This document shows positions 52,570 to 64,000 of a stretch of 64,000 nucleotides of DNA, in pieces; position 1 is the first letter of the stretch; each line of letters starts with the position of its first letter. Origin of the DNA: Raillietiella orientalis (lineage: Eukaryota). Made by a program: the position numbers and the translations under genes. The notes under the pieces were generated by a model that saw only the letters and a list, made by a program, of their open reading frames with translations, was not told the DNA's origin and did no database searches. The stretch is from contig JAYWIR010000008.1 of the NCBI GenBank assembly GCA_036172245.1, positions 620,001-684,000 of the forward strand, read 5' to 3'.

Positions 52570-53520
52570 CTGGATACGCCGGGACGTTTATTAAAATTTT
52601 CGTATGGTCAACAACATACGTGGTACCAGGCCCCACTAACGGCCACGCAACAACGGACCTGCCGGGACGCAGCCCGGTGTGACTCTCCTCGGCAGTGGAG
52701 GGAGCTGAGGGTGAAAGCAAAAATAAAAAAAAAGTAAGAAAAAAAACAAAAAGAGTTTGGAGGAACGGGAAGTGATCACATTCCACCACGGGGAGGGCCC
52801 ATCCTCTGCAGGATGCCCTCAAGGTCCTCCTTCAATCCACCCAACTGGGGCCGTCCGGTAGCTCTCTGCAGGAAGCGAGCAGCATACGGGATGACGTCCG
52901 TCACGATGGAATCTCCATCTTCGGCTTCATTCCAGGCCGCTACAATACCTCGGATGCAGCAAAGTGCTGCCAGGGCTGCGGCTGGTCTCAGGGCGTCCTG
53001 AACGAAGAGAAGACTGTAAACGTCTCTAGGGTTGCCGCCAACCGGTATCCCGAGGCTCGTTCCGAGACACTCCCACAGGATCCGGAGGGCAGGGCAGTCA
53101 ACTATAAGGTGAAAGAGGGATTCCCGCTCCCCACACCTGGCACATTCAGGATTCACTCTTCCCCGCGTCCAGTGGAAGCGGCGGGAGTTGCAGGGTAGAC
53201 CCCAATGCAGCCACAGAAGCACCGACTCTTGCCACTTCAGGGGAAGAATCCTAGATCCTCTCAATACCGAGGGCCACTTCAGTGGCCCCCGGTATTATCC
53301 CCCGTTTCCGAGCGAAGGGACCCCTTCTGTGGAGAGACATGCTTGGCTTGTTCTCATCAGAACCTGTGGTCCCTTCTCTGTGTGAGGAACACCTCCATGT
53401 TCCCACTGAGGTGGAAACGGTATGTTTCTCTGATCTCCTATCTAGGGATGCCGGTGCAACCAGCACAGGGACTTGGAATTCGCAACCCCAAACTGTTCTA
53501 GGTGCGAACTAGTTTCAGGT
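52570..53520 (-). mobile_element. 3' fragment of an L1/Tx1-like non-LTR retrotransposon (zf-RVT C-terminus + 3' UTR), copy A
   Basis: ORF 52776-53264 reads WLHWGLPCN...CARCGERESLFHLIVDC. T-rich UTR; AATAAA at 52587-52592 on the minus strand. Confidence 0.8.
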
Positions 53521-53539
53521 TCTAGGCGATGGAATAGTT

Positions 53540-54417
53540 CCCGCTACTCTTGATTGACTGATGTGCCATCGAGGAACTCTTCAGGAGGATGTCCTTGTCA
53601 CTTTGCAAATCGGAAGATACCGCGATGGACTTTCTGAGGCTCTCCTTCAGGCGCGGAGGACTTGCGGCGGGCGCCGGGATCGTTGCAGCTGCGCCACCAA
53701 CACAGCCTTCCGAAGAACTTGTGGTCCCTCCCTCCTGTTTGAACACTTCTGTGTTCCCCCTTTCGTGGAAGCAGGACGTCATCATGCTGGTGCATTGGGG
53801 TTTTCACTCCAACCAGCGGACGAACCGTGTTTCCGGGAGAGTTGTCTCCCCAAACTGTAAGCGGTGCGGGGAAGTGGAAACGCTCCCGCAACTGCTCCTG
53901 GACTGCGGTGCCCTTCTAGGACTTTGGCGGAGGCTGGCCTCAGCTCTCCTGCACCAGGGGGACACCGCGAGGGACTTGATGCGCCGCTTCTTCACGCCAG
54001 GCAGCCTGTCTTTGGGTGCTGTCGTTGCAACCGTGTGTTGCACCCGCGCCATCGACAAGGCCCACCGAGAGTTGGAGAAGCTGGCCATCCTTCGTCAGCC
54101 CACCGGATTAGCCAGCACAAGCATGTCGTCGGCTGCCGAGTGGGCCCATCTGTCAAAGGACGTAAGGAGAGAGATCGCCGGCATCCATAGCCGGTTTTGA
54201 AAGGAAGGAATGGACTCACCAAAGACCCCTGTCCCCTGCCCTCCATATTTTTATTTTTTTATAGTAGTGTATTTGTGGTCCCCTCCCTCCCGTTCCGGAC
54301 TTTCGGCATACCGACCTGCGTGTCGGGGATCCCACCCCCTTCGTCTCTTGTTTTCCCCTTTGTCCAGGGACTCTGCTCCCGGATAGTTTTTTAATAAACG
54401 CCCCGGCGCACCCGGGT
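53540..54417 (+). mobile_element. 3' fragment of an L1/Tx1-like non-LTR retrotransposon, copy B
   Basis: ORF 53589-54200 reads LVHWGFHSN...CKRCGEVETLPQLLLDC...WAHL. T-rich UTR; AATAAA at 54393. Confidence 0.8.
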
Positions 54418-54439
54418 GATAAACAGTCCTCGATGAGCT

Positions 54440-54770
54440 GGAGTCACGGGCGCAGCGAAAGGAGGCCGCACGGATGACAGCCCCTTTGATGAGGATGGCT
54501 GCAAGCTGGTCTCACTTGCAGATTACCAGACTAGTCACCTGCATACAAAGCGAGCTCTAGGAAGGAAGGAGTGGCTGACATGAAAGTCCCCTCCCTTTTT
54601 TTAAAATCATTTATTGTCCTTTCCTTCCCATTCCAGACCTCCTTGAAAGCGGCCTGCGTGTTGGTGGTCGTTTGGTCATTTCCTTTTTTTCCTTTGCTTG
54701 TTGTTGTTGTCTGTAAACCCAGTTCCCAGTAACTTGTAGGTGGATGTGTGTGTTTTAGTTTTAAAAGAAC
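54440..54770 (+). mobile_element. Very short 3' fragment of the same family, copy C
   Basis: LMRMAASWSHL matches FMRTASRWPHL of copy F. T-rich UTR with the GGCCTGCGTG motif at 54651. Confidence 0.6.
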
Positions 54771-54779
54771 ATTCCGAGG

Positions 54780-55720
54780 TCACCGAATCAAAGCTCATGG
54801 TCTTCAATGGCTGATCGAGGACCACGTCTCTGTCGGGAAGGGCAAAAGCTCTTCAGAAGCATATGTTCCTACTTTGGCGCCTCAGTAGGACAAAAGCGGT
54901 CCACGACCGAACGGGAGTGGACCCGACCATCAGGAACTGTCTGGAGAATTTTCCCCGTATAACTGGCGTGCGTCTGCTCCCTCCACCAGCCGGTCCGTGT
55001 TCTGCAGCCGGCACGGGCACTTCCCGCAGGCAAGACCCACCCTACCCCACCCTCAGCTAGCACCTCTCGTCCATCCCGCTAGGAGGATGCTCGCATGAAC
55101 AAAACGAAGGGCGTCAGACAGAAATCCTTGGGCGCACCTTAAGCTACGCTGACCTGAGGCCGTCTTAGGAGACGCATGTCTGGGCTGAGGACCTTTACAA
55201 AATCGAAAGCGGAACATCAGTGCGATGGACACACCAAAACAAAAAAAAACAACCACCAATAAAGAGCATCAATAGATGGAAAATGCAGGAAAAGTTCGAC
55301 TTCTGGAACACTTCCCCATATCCTGTCATCCAGTGTCCTTACCGTCGGCCTGCTCGTCCTGGTTCGGCCCTTTTTCGTTTCGAAGCGTCCAGCGTCGAGG
55401 CGCGCATCAAACGGGAGACGTGATCTGTGCGGCAGCAGCAAAGCACCCCTGCAACAGAGCACGTAGGGTGCACACGCAGGCGGGCGGAACTCTGTCCGTG
55501 CTCAGCGACTGTGGAAAGTGCCGGCATCCACCACCCCGGCCTCATGGAGACGTGAATGCAGCGGCAGGTCTTGACGCGAAATGGTTCGTTAACAGGAAAG
55601 CCACTGGTGGACGCGCACCTCGAGGCGCTCAGTTGAGCGGGGCCAGAATCTCCAGAGAAGGGCCTCTCGACCTCCTCCCCCTTTCCTTACCCCAAGAATA
55701 GTCCAATGCGCACAAAGGGG
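54780..55720. mobile_element. Further degenerate non-LTR C-terminal fragments (+ strand 54780-55200; - strand 55200-55720)
   Basis: + strand FLLWRLSRTK is L1-like C-terminal. - strand VAGVLCCCR resembles AALCCCLRG of the other copies and is followed by a T-rich tract. Confidence 0.45.
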
Positions 55721-55921
55721 AAACCGAACGATCGCTTCCGTCGCGGTACGTGCATGGGAACGTCACAGTCGCTCAAGCAGGGAAGGAGCACCCAGTAACG
55801 GTGGGCGCCGCGATGTGGTTCGCCAGGTGCTGAAGAACCGCTCGCCTAGTGGCTCATGTTGTTTTTTGGAAGTGTCCACGCCATCCGAGGAAACGTATCA
55901 ACTCTTCAAGTTAGGTTGAGC

Positions 55922-56620
55922 ATCCGGTCACTCCAAGACGTTTATTATAAAAAATAAGCATAGATGTGTAAGACCAGCGGCCCTACATTGTCCGAAAATG
56001 TTTGGAAACTGCCGAGTAGCTGGCACGCAGGCCGGCGAGGTTCGCCTCGACAGCAGAGGGGGAGCAGCAAACAGAAATAAAAATAAATAATAAAAATAAA
56101 CTCTGGGGAAACGGAAAGGGATTGCTGTCGACTGGAAGGCGCCCTCTGCATCTTTTTCAGCATGCCGGCAAGTTCCATCAGAGTATGTCCGAGATGGGGC
56201 CATCTTGCTGCCCACCGCAGGAAGCGTAGGGCGAAGCAGATGACGTCCCTGTCGCGCCTTCTCGCATAGCTCCAGGCAGCCACAATTCCACGTAGGCAGC
56301 AGCAGAGAGCTGCTGGAGATGCGGCGGGCGGAAGGGCGTCGCTCACGAAGAGGCGCTTAATCACGTCCCTGGGATTGTCCGTCGGTACCCCTAGGGACGT
56401 TGCATGATCCAACCACAGGGGCAGGAGGACCATACAGTCTACAAGCAGGTGCGGGAGCGTTCACCTACAAGCGTTGCCAGCACCTGCAACATTTTGGGTC
56501 CCCACAGCCTCCCAGGTCCAATAAGACCGGAGGGTGTTGCACGGGAGGCTCCAGTGAAACATCAGAAGTGCCTACTCCTTCCACTCCAGGGGGAGGGCCT
56601 GGTTGTTCTTCAGAGTTAAT
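55922..56620 (-). mobile_element. 3' fragment of an L1/Tx1-like non-LTR retrotransposon, copy E
   Basis: HWSLPCN...LPHLLVDC...AALCCCLRGIVAAW...RWPHLG. T-rich UTR; AATAAA at 55941-55946 on the minus strand. Confidence 0.8.
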
Positions 56621-57499
56621 AGTCACCCGAGGTCTTTCTGTAGGATTTCCAGCAGCTCACTTCAGAGCAATAGTCCCTTCGGTGGGGCACTTGGGGTTGC
56701 AGCGTCCCTGAGCTGGCCCGTGGTCCAACCACCTAGTTCCCTCGTCTTCTGACTGATTCCGCAACTGGACATTGACCGGTTGGTTACTGCCCAGATGCTC
56801 CCTGATAGAGGGTAGTGCCGCGGCTAGGGAGGTTCTTTGCGCCCAAGCGCACGCGATGGGCTGCACGATGACTCCTACAGCGAGTGGTTGCTGTAGAAAG
56901 AGTGCAGCAGTCGCTGCCGCATCTCCGGACTCGCCTCGTTGTTCTTGGCTCATATGAGAATGGCTTCCTGCAGCAAGCACTACCGTTCCAGGAGATTTAG
57001 GTGTGGATCCTGGTCAGCATGGCCATTCACTGGAGCTCCAGTCCACAGCTGGACACGTTGCATCTGCGACGCCGTGCCAGGAACGAAGATAGTCCCGCGT
57101 AGCCAGTGGTTCGCCTGACCAGGTATTGCTTGACTAGGTATCTTCAAGTTAGGCGTATCCCGGAAGGAACCACCATATGAATCAGGGAAGGCTCCAGAGG
57201 AAGGATTACGTTCCTTTCACGCTTGGTAGGGAACCCCGAAGGGAACCTCTTCCTTATTCTCTACGGAGGGATGCCCCGGAGGGGGCCGCTTCATTATTCC
57301 TTCAGGAAGGGATCATGGAAAGAATCCGCTCCTGGAATTTCCTTTCTGAAGAGAGCCCGCAAGAGAACCGCACCTTTTTTCCTCCTCTGAAGAGAGCTCC
57401 GAAGGGACGCTTCCCAATTTCTCTGGAGGGCGCTCCCCGAAGGGAGCAGTGCTCTTCTTGACACTCTGGAGAAGCAACCCTCGAGGGGTGCATCAACCT

Positions 57500-58270
57500 G
57501 CTCTATGATACGGCTCCATTTTCACGGCCGGAGGGGAGCCCTGAAGGGAATCAGCTCCCTGATTCTTGGAAGGACCCCGGAGGGTCTACCACCAATCCCA
57601 AATACCCAAGGGGGCATCTGGATTCTGGCTTGCACCCGTACAATGCCCGCCGGCATCACTGGATACGAGGGGCAGGGGTGGACCCAAACTATGCAAGATT
57701 CAGGGAGCGACAATCTCTCCCGCACCTCCTAGTGGACTGTGTTGTCCTCCGGTCTTTCTGGGGACGCTTTGCCGCGACCCTTGGAACCCCGGCGGCAATT
57801 CCAGAGACGTTTGAAAGCGTCACTTCCTGCGCGACGCCCACACGCTGGCCGCATCCCCAGTAGCAATTTGCTGTCCACAAGGAGGGACCGTGGCCGCATG
57901 GGGCAACGCCAGAGGCCAGAACGCCAGGGACGCCATTATTTTGCTGTCCTCTTCATGAGGACAGCGTCAAGATGGCCCCATCTAGGAACAGTGAAACAGG
58001 AACTTGTGGGCATCCTTACAAGGATGCAGGGGACGCCCTCCAGCACACAGTGATCCCTTCCCGAACTCCCCCGTCATTTTTTGACATTTTTTGTTCTCTT
58101 CTTTTCTTTTTGTTTGTCTTCCTTTCCCCTGTGCGGCCGATCGGAATCCCGTTGGCTTGCGTGCCAGTTCCCAGCAGGTTCCTTCTCGTAGCTATAAGTA
58201 ACGTGGCAGGATCAAATGTCCTGCCACAGACGTTTATTTTTTATAAATAAACGTCGCGGCGTGACTGGGT
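57500..58270 (+). mobile_element. 3' fragment of an L1/Tx1-like non-LTR retrotransposon, copy F (frameshifted)
   Basis: SLPHLLVDCVVLRSFW...FMRTASRWPHLGTVKQELVGIL. T-rich UTR; AATAAA at 58246. Confidence 0.8.
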
Positions 58271-58679
58271 TCAACCAGTACCGTACCCGAATATAGGCCA
58301 ACCAGCCTCATCTGGCGGGAGAACTCGAAACCCACGACACCAATTTCTCTGGCGTCGATCCTTTATTTTCTTCCGGTCACGTCGGGACGTTCATTGTGAA
58401 GAAAATATTTCCAAAAAAAAAAAAAGTCATGCAAAATATTAAAAATGTCTTTGTTGGTAGTGACTTCACATCACTACTACGAAGTGAAGACCATCGCCAT
58501 GGCCACTTTGTTGGATCGTGTTGAGCGTGGACGCAAGTGGGGTGTTCCGCGCCCAGGTGGTATCTTCCCTGGGCACTCCATGATTTCCTGCAGCGAGCAG
58601 AGAGCGCAGTTCGAGAATCGCAGGCATCGCGATTGTTCCGGGATCGTGCCGTTTCTTTTCGCCCACACTTTGGAGACGC

Positions 58680-61500
58680 TGCTCCTCGTGAGCAGCCCTC
58701 CTGATGAGGTCCGCACAGGAGAAGTGGGGGACGGGATAAACAAAAAGGGGTAGAAAAAACAACAACAGCAAAAGTTCAGTTTAAAAATATGTTAAGGGGA
58801 AGGGGAGGGATCACAGATTTCCTCCTGGCCTCCTCAGCATCCTTTGGGGGATGTTGGTAACTTCTTCCATTTGTTGACAGAGGTGTGGCCATCTTGTCGC
58901 CTTTCTCTCCAGACTTCTAACGCGTCCTCCATAGAGGAAGAGGGCAAGAGACGTCTTTCTCGGCATTCCAAGATTGAAATGGCCTCATTCTTTGATTGGA
59001 CTCTTTTGGCGCTTCTTCTCGCCGCCACGATCCCACGAAGGCAGCACGGAGCTGCATGGGAAGCTGCAGGTGACATCGAGAAGTGGCATCGCAAAAACCT
59101 CTCTGCCTTTGCCTATCGAGGGTGGAAGGGCCGCAGCGAAGCGTTCCCGGACACTCAGGAGGGCAGCGAGATCCAACGTCAGGTGAGAGATGGTTTCCCG
59201 TTTCCCTGCACCTGGCACAGTCTGGGCCGCACTCCCTCCGAAAGGTTTTTTTTGTGGGTGCTGGTAGGCATCCCTGCATCGCTCTCCTGAGAATCTGAAT
59301 GTCTCTGGTGGCCTGCGGTTCTGCTTGCAGAAACATCTGTGTTTCTTTTACGGGTCTTTGACCAGTTTTTGACTACTCTTCTTCGGCTACTCGGGCCCCG
59401 TGAAGCAGCCTCCTGAGGGACAGCTCCTGAACGCATCCTCGAGGTCTGCCGACGCGCGGGTTCCTGGAGGAGCTTCTACGGTTGTCGAACCTGCTCTGCA
59501 GAGTGAAACTGTTCCAGGACTCCGTCATGGTGAAGGAATCTCTTCTGCTGCAGGTGTTCCTTGCTCGGCAAGACCCCTTCGACGTCTCCGGGAGAAGCAT
59601 CTCTCAAAAGAGCAATGAATGTAACCACCGATGGGAGGAAAGCAGCTCATGTCCTTGGGAAACGCTGCCGGAAGTCGGTCCCGCCGTAGCCGACCTCCTC
59701 CGGCTACGCTGCCATCTACCAGAGCTCAGCATGCCGTCGACTCTCGACCGGATGCTGCCGATTCACCACTCGAGGACCTCCTCCGGGTCTCTCTCGCAAC
59801 CACCGCCCGGCTAGCTACTCTGAAGTCGGATGACTTCACAGGAGATCGACCGCCTCTCGTCCACCAGGCGGCCTTCGCCGGAAGCTTCCGGCGAACGAGA
59901 TGCTTTGTGACTCCGCCCGCCGCCTCTCCTCGCATGCATCTTCGAGGGTTCTCAGTTTCTCCCCGGAGTCTCCAAGCACCCAGGTCATGCCTCGCGTCCT
60001 CAGGACATGCCAGGGTCAGCTTGCAGCTCCTCCTCTCGTCGAGCTGATGGTAGAGGTCTCCTCCCGGAGGCTCCTCTTTCTGGAGCAGGAGATGATCCTC
60101 GAAGGAAGGCTGCAGACTTCTTGGAGCGCGTATCCGCGCCTTCTTGAACCTACGGCACATGTCAGAGGTAGTGCTACTGCCTCTGGGCAGAGGGACTAGC
60201 AGACTGCGGGATTCGCCGGTGAGCCCGCTCCTCTTGCGCATCCCACGATGGAAGGCCTCGGTAGTGCCAAACACCAAGGGTGAAAGCGCCCTTTCCCTTT
60301 GGGTTTGTCATGCCCGGGAAAACAATGCTCGCGTCCATGAAGCCGTCGCTTGGAAGCCGCCTGCAGACTCCCAGAAGGCGGTGAGGCGGACATCGTTCCG
60401 AAGGCAGAGACCACAGTCACAGACCGAAGTCTGGATTCGGTGCCTTGCACCCCCCTCCTCTCCCCCTTCCCAAGCCTTTGTGGATTTTTCGGTGTCCCCA
60501 CGTGCGGAAAGGGGAAGGTCAGGTGGTAGAATCTGAACTGCTTGTTCCCGATGTATCGTTGCCCTTGGGGGGAAGGGTCCGAGTCCAAAACAGTCCCACG
60601 AGAGGCTCCATCCACTCCTGAGAAGGAGAAAGACGCGATGCCGAGCACCCCTTATCAGGAACGCTTTCTCCTCTGTGACACTCGGGATTTGGTACCTCGT
60701 GCTTTCCCAGATGCAGAGGAACCGGGAGACACTGGACCTTCGTCTAGGGGGACGCCATCGCGAAGGCGGCCGCCGACGAAACTGCCATGTGCCCGAGGCT
60801 AGTGACCTTTCCCCGGGTTTGAGTGCCTCCTTCCAGACGCCGCAGGAAGTTCCATGGGGTTCCGGGGAGGAGTTTCCCGACCGGCATCGCGTTGGGGTCG
60901 AGTCATCCTTGGATGGAGGGGGATCAGCCGAGGAGACCGGACTAGTCGCTTCCCCTGGTTTTAATTTCGTGCAGAGAGGAAGCTGCTGGCGGATTTCCCC
61001 TGCAGCACTTGGGCGAAGCGCCCCTGCAGAGGAAGAGCCGGCGACTCTCGTCCACTACCCCCGGGACTGACCGCAACGCCGTTCCGTCGACTGATTCGGT
61101 ACCATCTTTGCATTCCACTGCGGTTCGTCGGATCTTCTCCTTGGTTTCATTCTGGAGGTCCTGTTTTCAAGGACACTGGGGACTCCTCCTAGCTGTTCAT
61201 CCCCCAAAATCTTATCCTTCCTCTAGCAAGCCGGTCCAGCAGGTCCTTTGCTTCGGACCGCCACCCCGATGCTTTCCGCCTTACCTCTATTGCACCCGGT
61301 CCCTCCGTGGATTATTTTGAGTCCATCCTTCGTCGCTCCACTATACGATGCTTTTGTCCGCGTTGCCAGTGGCAGCAGACTGCGCCCTGCGTCCATCCCG
61401 CTTGTTCTTGCTGCTTGGCTAATGTCATTTGTGTCATTTCAGATGCATGCTTGGGGTTTCATGACCCTACTCCGCTCATTTGCCGTGTCCCGGCTCATCT
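58680..61500 (-). mobile_element. Longer degenerate L1/Tx1-like ORF2 remnant (RT + zf-RVT + 3' UTR), copy G
   Basis: CARCRE knuckle (about 59200), PCCLRGIVAARR (about 59040), ALSPLVF RT motif remnant (about 60280), T-rich UTR at 58730-58800. Heavily frameshifted. Confidence 0.65.
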
Positions 61501-61589
61501 CAAGGAGTACTGACGTGAAATAGGGCGTGCAGAACCTCTATTAGAATAGGGGTCGATCAACGGATCCGGAATCAGGTGAGAATCCTGGG

Positions 61590-64000
61590 TCTTACCACAT
61601 GGCATAGCAAGCGTTGAGGGGCTCGAATACCCGTAGAGGATCCACGCCGTTGCTCCTTCCTTCGCGGAGTTGCTCAACGCGAACGTGGAAAAGGAAGACC
61701 TCGAAGGACTCTCTGTGGCGAGCGGGGGGGAAGTTGTTGAGCTGATCTGCAAAGAGGCAGCTTCTGCTCAGCGACTGCTGAACACCACCAAAGCCATCGA
61801 AGGCAAGAGGCTCTATACTAGAATGGGGGACCACTCAGGAGTGGTCTACCCACGAGGTTTACGGCTGCAGATATACGTGCGTGAGGTCCTCCGTCAGCTC
61901 AAAGAATACGCGACGGCCCACGAGTACTGAGCCAAACCAGACTTGCTCCCCGGTATAAGGGACTGTATAGCGGCTTGGTTGCAGCACGCATGACCGTACA
62001 CGAAGGAAAGCAGCTCCCCTACCGGATGGAAATCGGGAGACTTTACGCCGATCTCTGGTTGCCCGGAGAACCGAGATTATGCAGTCATTGCAATGGGACA
62101 GGGAGCCTGAAGGGAAGATGTCCAGAAATTACTTGCCATGGCAACGGACTGGAGGCCCTATGACGTTTGCGTGCCCCAGAAGACTCGTCCGTGAAGTTCC
62201 GAGCACAAAACAGAAGAGACAGCGCGAGGAAAAGAACGGAAGCAAAGGGAGGAAGGAAGGATGCCCACCGCACTCCAACCAGAATTCATCGAAGCGAACT
62301 TCCAAAAGAGTGGAAGATGTGACCGACGAAACGGGATGGCAAGTGGTAACAACCGAAAAAGAAAAGCAAGAAACCTCCCAAAGCCGAAAAAAATTGCGAC
62401 AACGCGGAGGCGACCGTTAGGCAGCCGCAGGACCGCAAGGCGGCACTTCAGCAGATTAGCGCGATCGACGATACGATCGACAGCGTCGTGAAAAGCGTGA
62501 GAAGCAGCCTTGAAAAGCGTGATCGACGAGCCCATCAATAGCGACGGAGGCTGTTGCAGCGCTGCTGCCATCTCTTCGGAGAAGGTGGTGACGCCAGCGC
62601 TTTCGAAAGTAAAGGCCTTAAAAAAAAAAAAGCAAGGCTGTGAGTCGTCCCGCTGTGAAGGCAACTCAGCATGGCTTTCGACTCCGGCCTGGATAAGGTA
62701 AGCTCCAGAAGAGACTCGGAAGCAACGGAAACCTCCTTAAAGAGGCCCAAGGCCCCGAGGAAGAATGCATCCCTACAGGGAAAGGGTGCATCAGCTCTAG
62801 AAGCCGAGAGGATGCATGCTGGTTCCAAGGAGTTCTGCTAGGAAAGGATCCTTTACTACAGAAGGTGGAGGAGCAGAAGATAGAAAGAGGTCATCCCTTT
62901 ATCTCCTCCATCACTGACCATCCCGCCTGAGCACCTGGTGGGAACCGCAGTACGACATGCCAGGAGTCAAGCGTGCTCCCGGCTCCCTCCGGAGACTACG
63001 TGTAGCCTGGTGGCACGTCAACGGGCTGCGCGACGACGGCAGGAGACGGGACGCACCTGCCTCTTTGCGACGGTTCGACCTGGGGTTTCTGCAAGAGATC
63101 TCCAAGAGAGAAGATCTCTGCGGAAGAGATCCAGGGAATTAAAGCGATCGAGGGCGGCCAGCTGCATGGGCGTTGCGGGCTCGGCTCGACGCACTCGTTA
63201 GAGGTCGCCTTTTCGCTGAAACCAACCATGGAGAGCGCCGTGCAAGACGTTCAGTTCGATGAGGAAGGTCGAGTTGGACAACTCGTTCTCAAATGGTCCG
63301 AATCGATCGACCTTTTCGTGACCAATATATACGCACCAAGAGGATCCAACATGAGCTGGACGAGGACCGGATTCGTCGAAGCCCCGAAGCGCGAATGTTT
63401 GGTGGAAGTAGGCGTGCAAAGAGTCCACATGATAGTGGGAGATGTCAACATCACCTTGCTTTCAGGAAGGTGTAGTGGCCAGCTCAACCTGGTTAACGAG
63501 ATGTGCGCAGCAATGCACACGTGCAACTTGCTGACTGGGGTCATTGGCATGGAAGGCAGCAGCGATCACGTCTTCCTCGACGACCACCTGCAGGCGCGGA
63601 TCGGTTATTGTGGAAAGTCGAGAACTACGTTGTCGGATCACGACCGAATTGAGCTGGAAGTACTCCCACGCGGGAATGATCCCTCTTCCAGCTCGCGGCA
63701 CCTACCAAGGCATTAGCCCCACCTCCCAGAGGCTGCGGAACACTTCTGTTGCTTCCTGCGAGATGCAGACGTGCAGCAACTCGAAAACTAGGACGACATG
63801 AAGTGCTCGGTTCGAGAGTTCTGCACGGGTTCCCTGTAGATCCCCCCCATCCTCCGCCGGGTTGGTGAGGGAATGCGCGATGAGCGCGCGTATCTCCAAG
63901 CTCGGTGCTTCAGAAGAAGCCAGAGATTCGTCATCTGGCTGAGAGACAAGCCTGGCACTCAGGGGAACCAGCTTATTGGACGACCAGGGCCAGGAGCGCT
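61590..64000 (+). mobile_element. Degenerate L1/Tx1-clade non-LTR retrotransposon: ORF1 (zinc knuckle) and ORF2 APE endonuclease, running off the window end
   Basis: ORF1 remnant with CSHCNGTGSLKGRC knuckle and K/R-rich tail. ORF2 APE motifs LRVAWWHVNGL...GFLQE, NIYAP, IVGDVN and LSDHD. Confidence 0.85.

Noticed and set aside
58695..58735. CTGATGAGGTCCGCACAGGAGAAG resembling a hammerhead ribozyme core
   Set aside because: GAAA is missing and no stem I/III or UH cleavage site forms. It is the antisense of an element 3' UTR.
1..64000. Alternative genetic code or prokaryotic systems (CRISPR, operons, rRNA, tRNA)
   Set aside because: Intact genes use standard TAA/TGA stops and spliceosomal introns. 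No repeat-spacer array or RNA gene was seen. Most short ORFs in the track are antisense, intronic or TE noise. Long homopolymer runs mean some frameshifts could be sequencing errors.

Overview
Eukaryotic (invertebrate animal, probably arthropod) genomic DNA with many very short spliceosomal introns (mostly 38-55 nt). Three intact AT-rich, CpG-poor housekeeping genes can be spliced by eye: NOMO (+, 3918-8288), TMEM94 (-, 11559-25812) and HIAT1/MFSD14 (-, 45586-49626). A fourth gene is mostly missed by the ORF track. It is a multi-exon + strand gene ending at 37973 whose spliced C-terminus looks like an inactive XPF/ERCC4 plus HhH2 module, most like the meiotic crossover factor SHOC1/Zip2. Between the genes lie decayed sequences: a gag-like remnant, a NeSL/Utopia-like retrotransposon inside a TMEM94 intron, a WARS2-like pseudogene and unidentified exon-structured pseudogenes. 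From about 52.1 kb to the end is a dense cluster of L1/Tx1-like non-LTR fragments. These are mostly diverged 3' ends that share 3'-UTR hairpins and a conserved motif after AATAAA. All homology calls come from motif recognition by eye; no database search was run.
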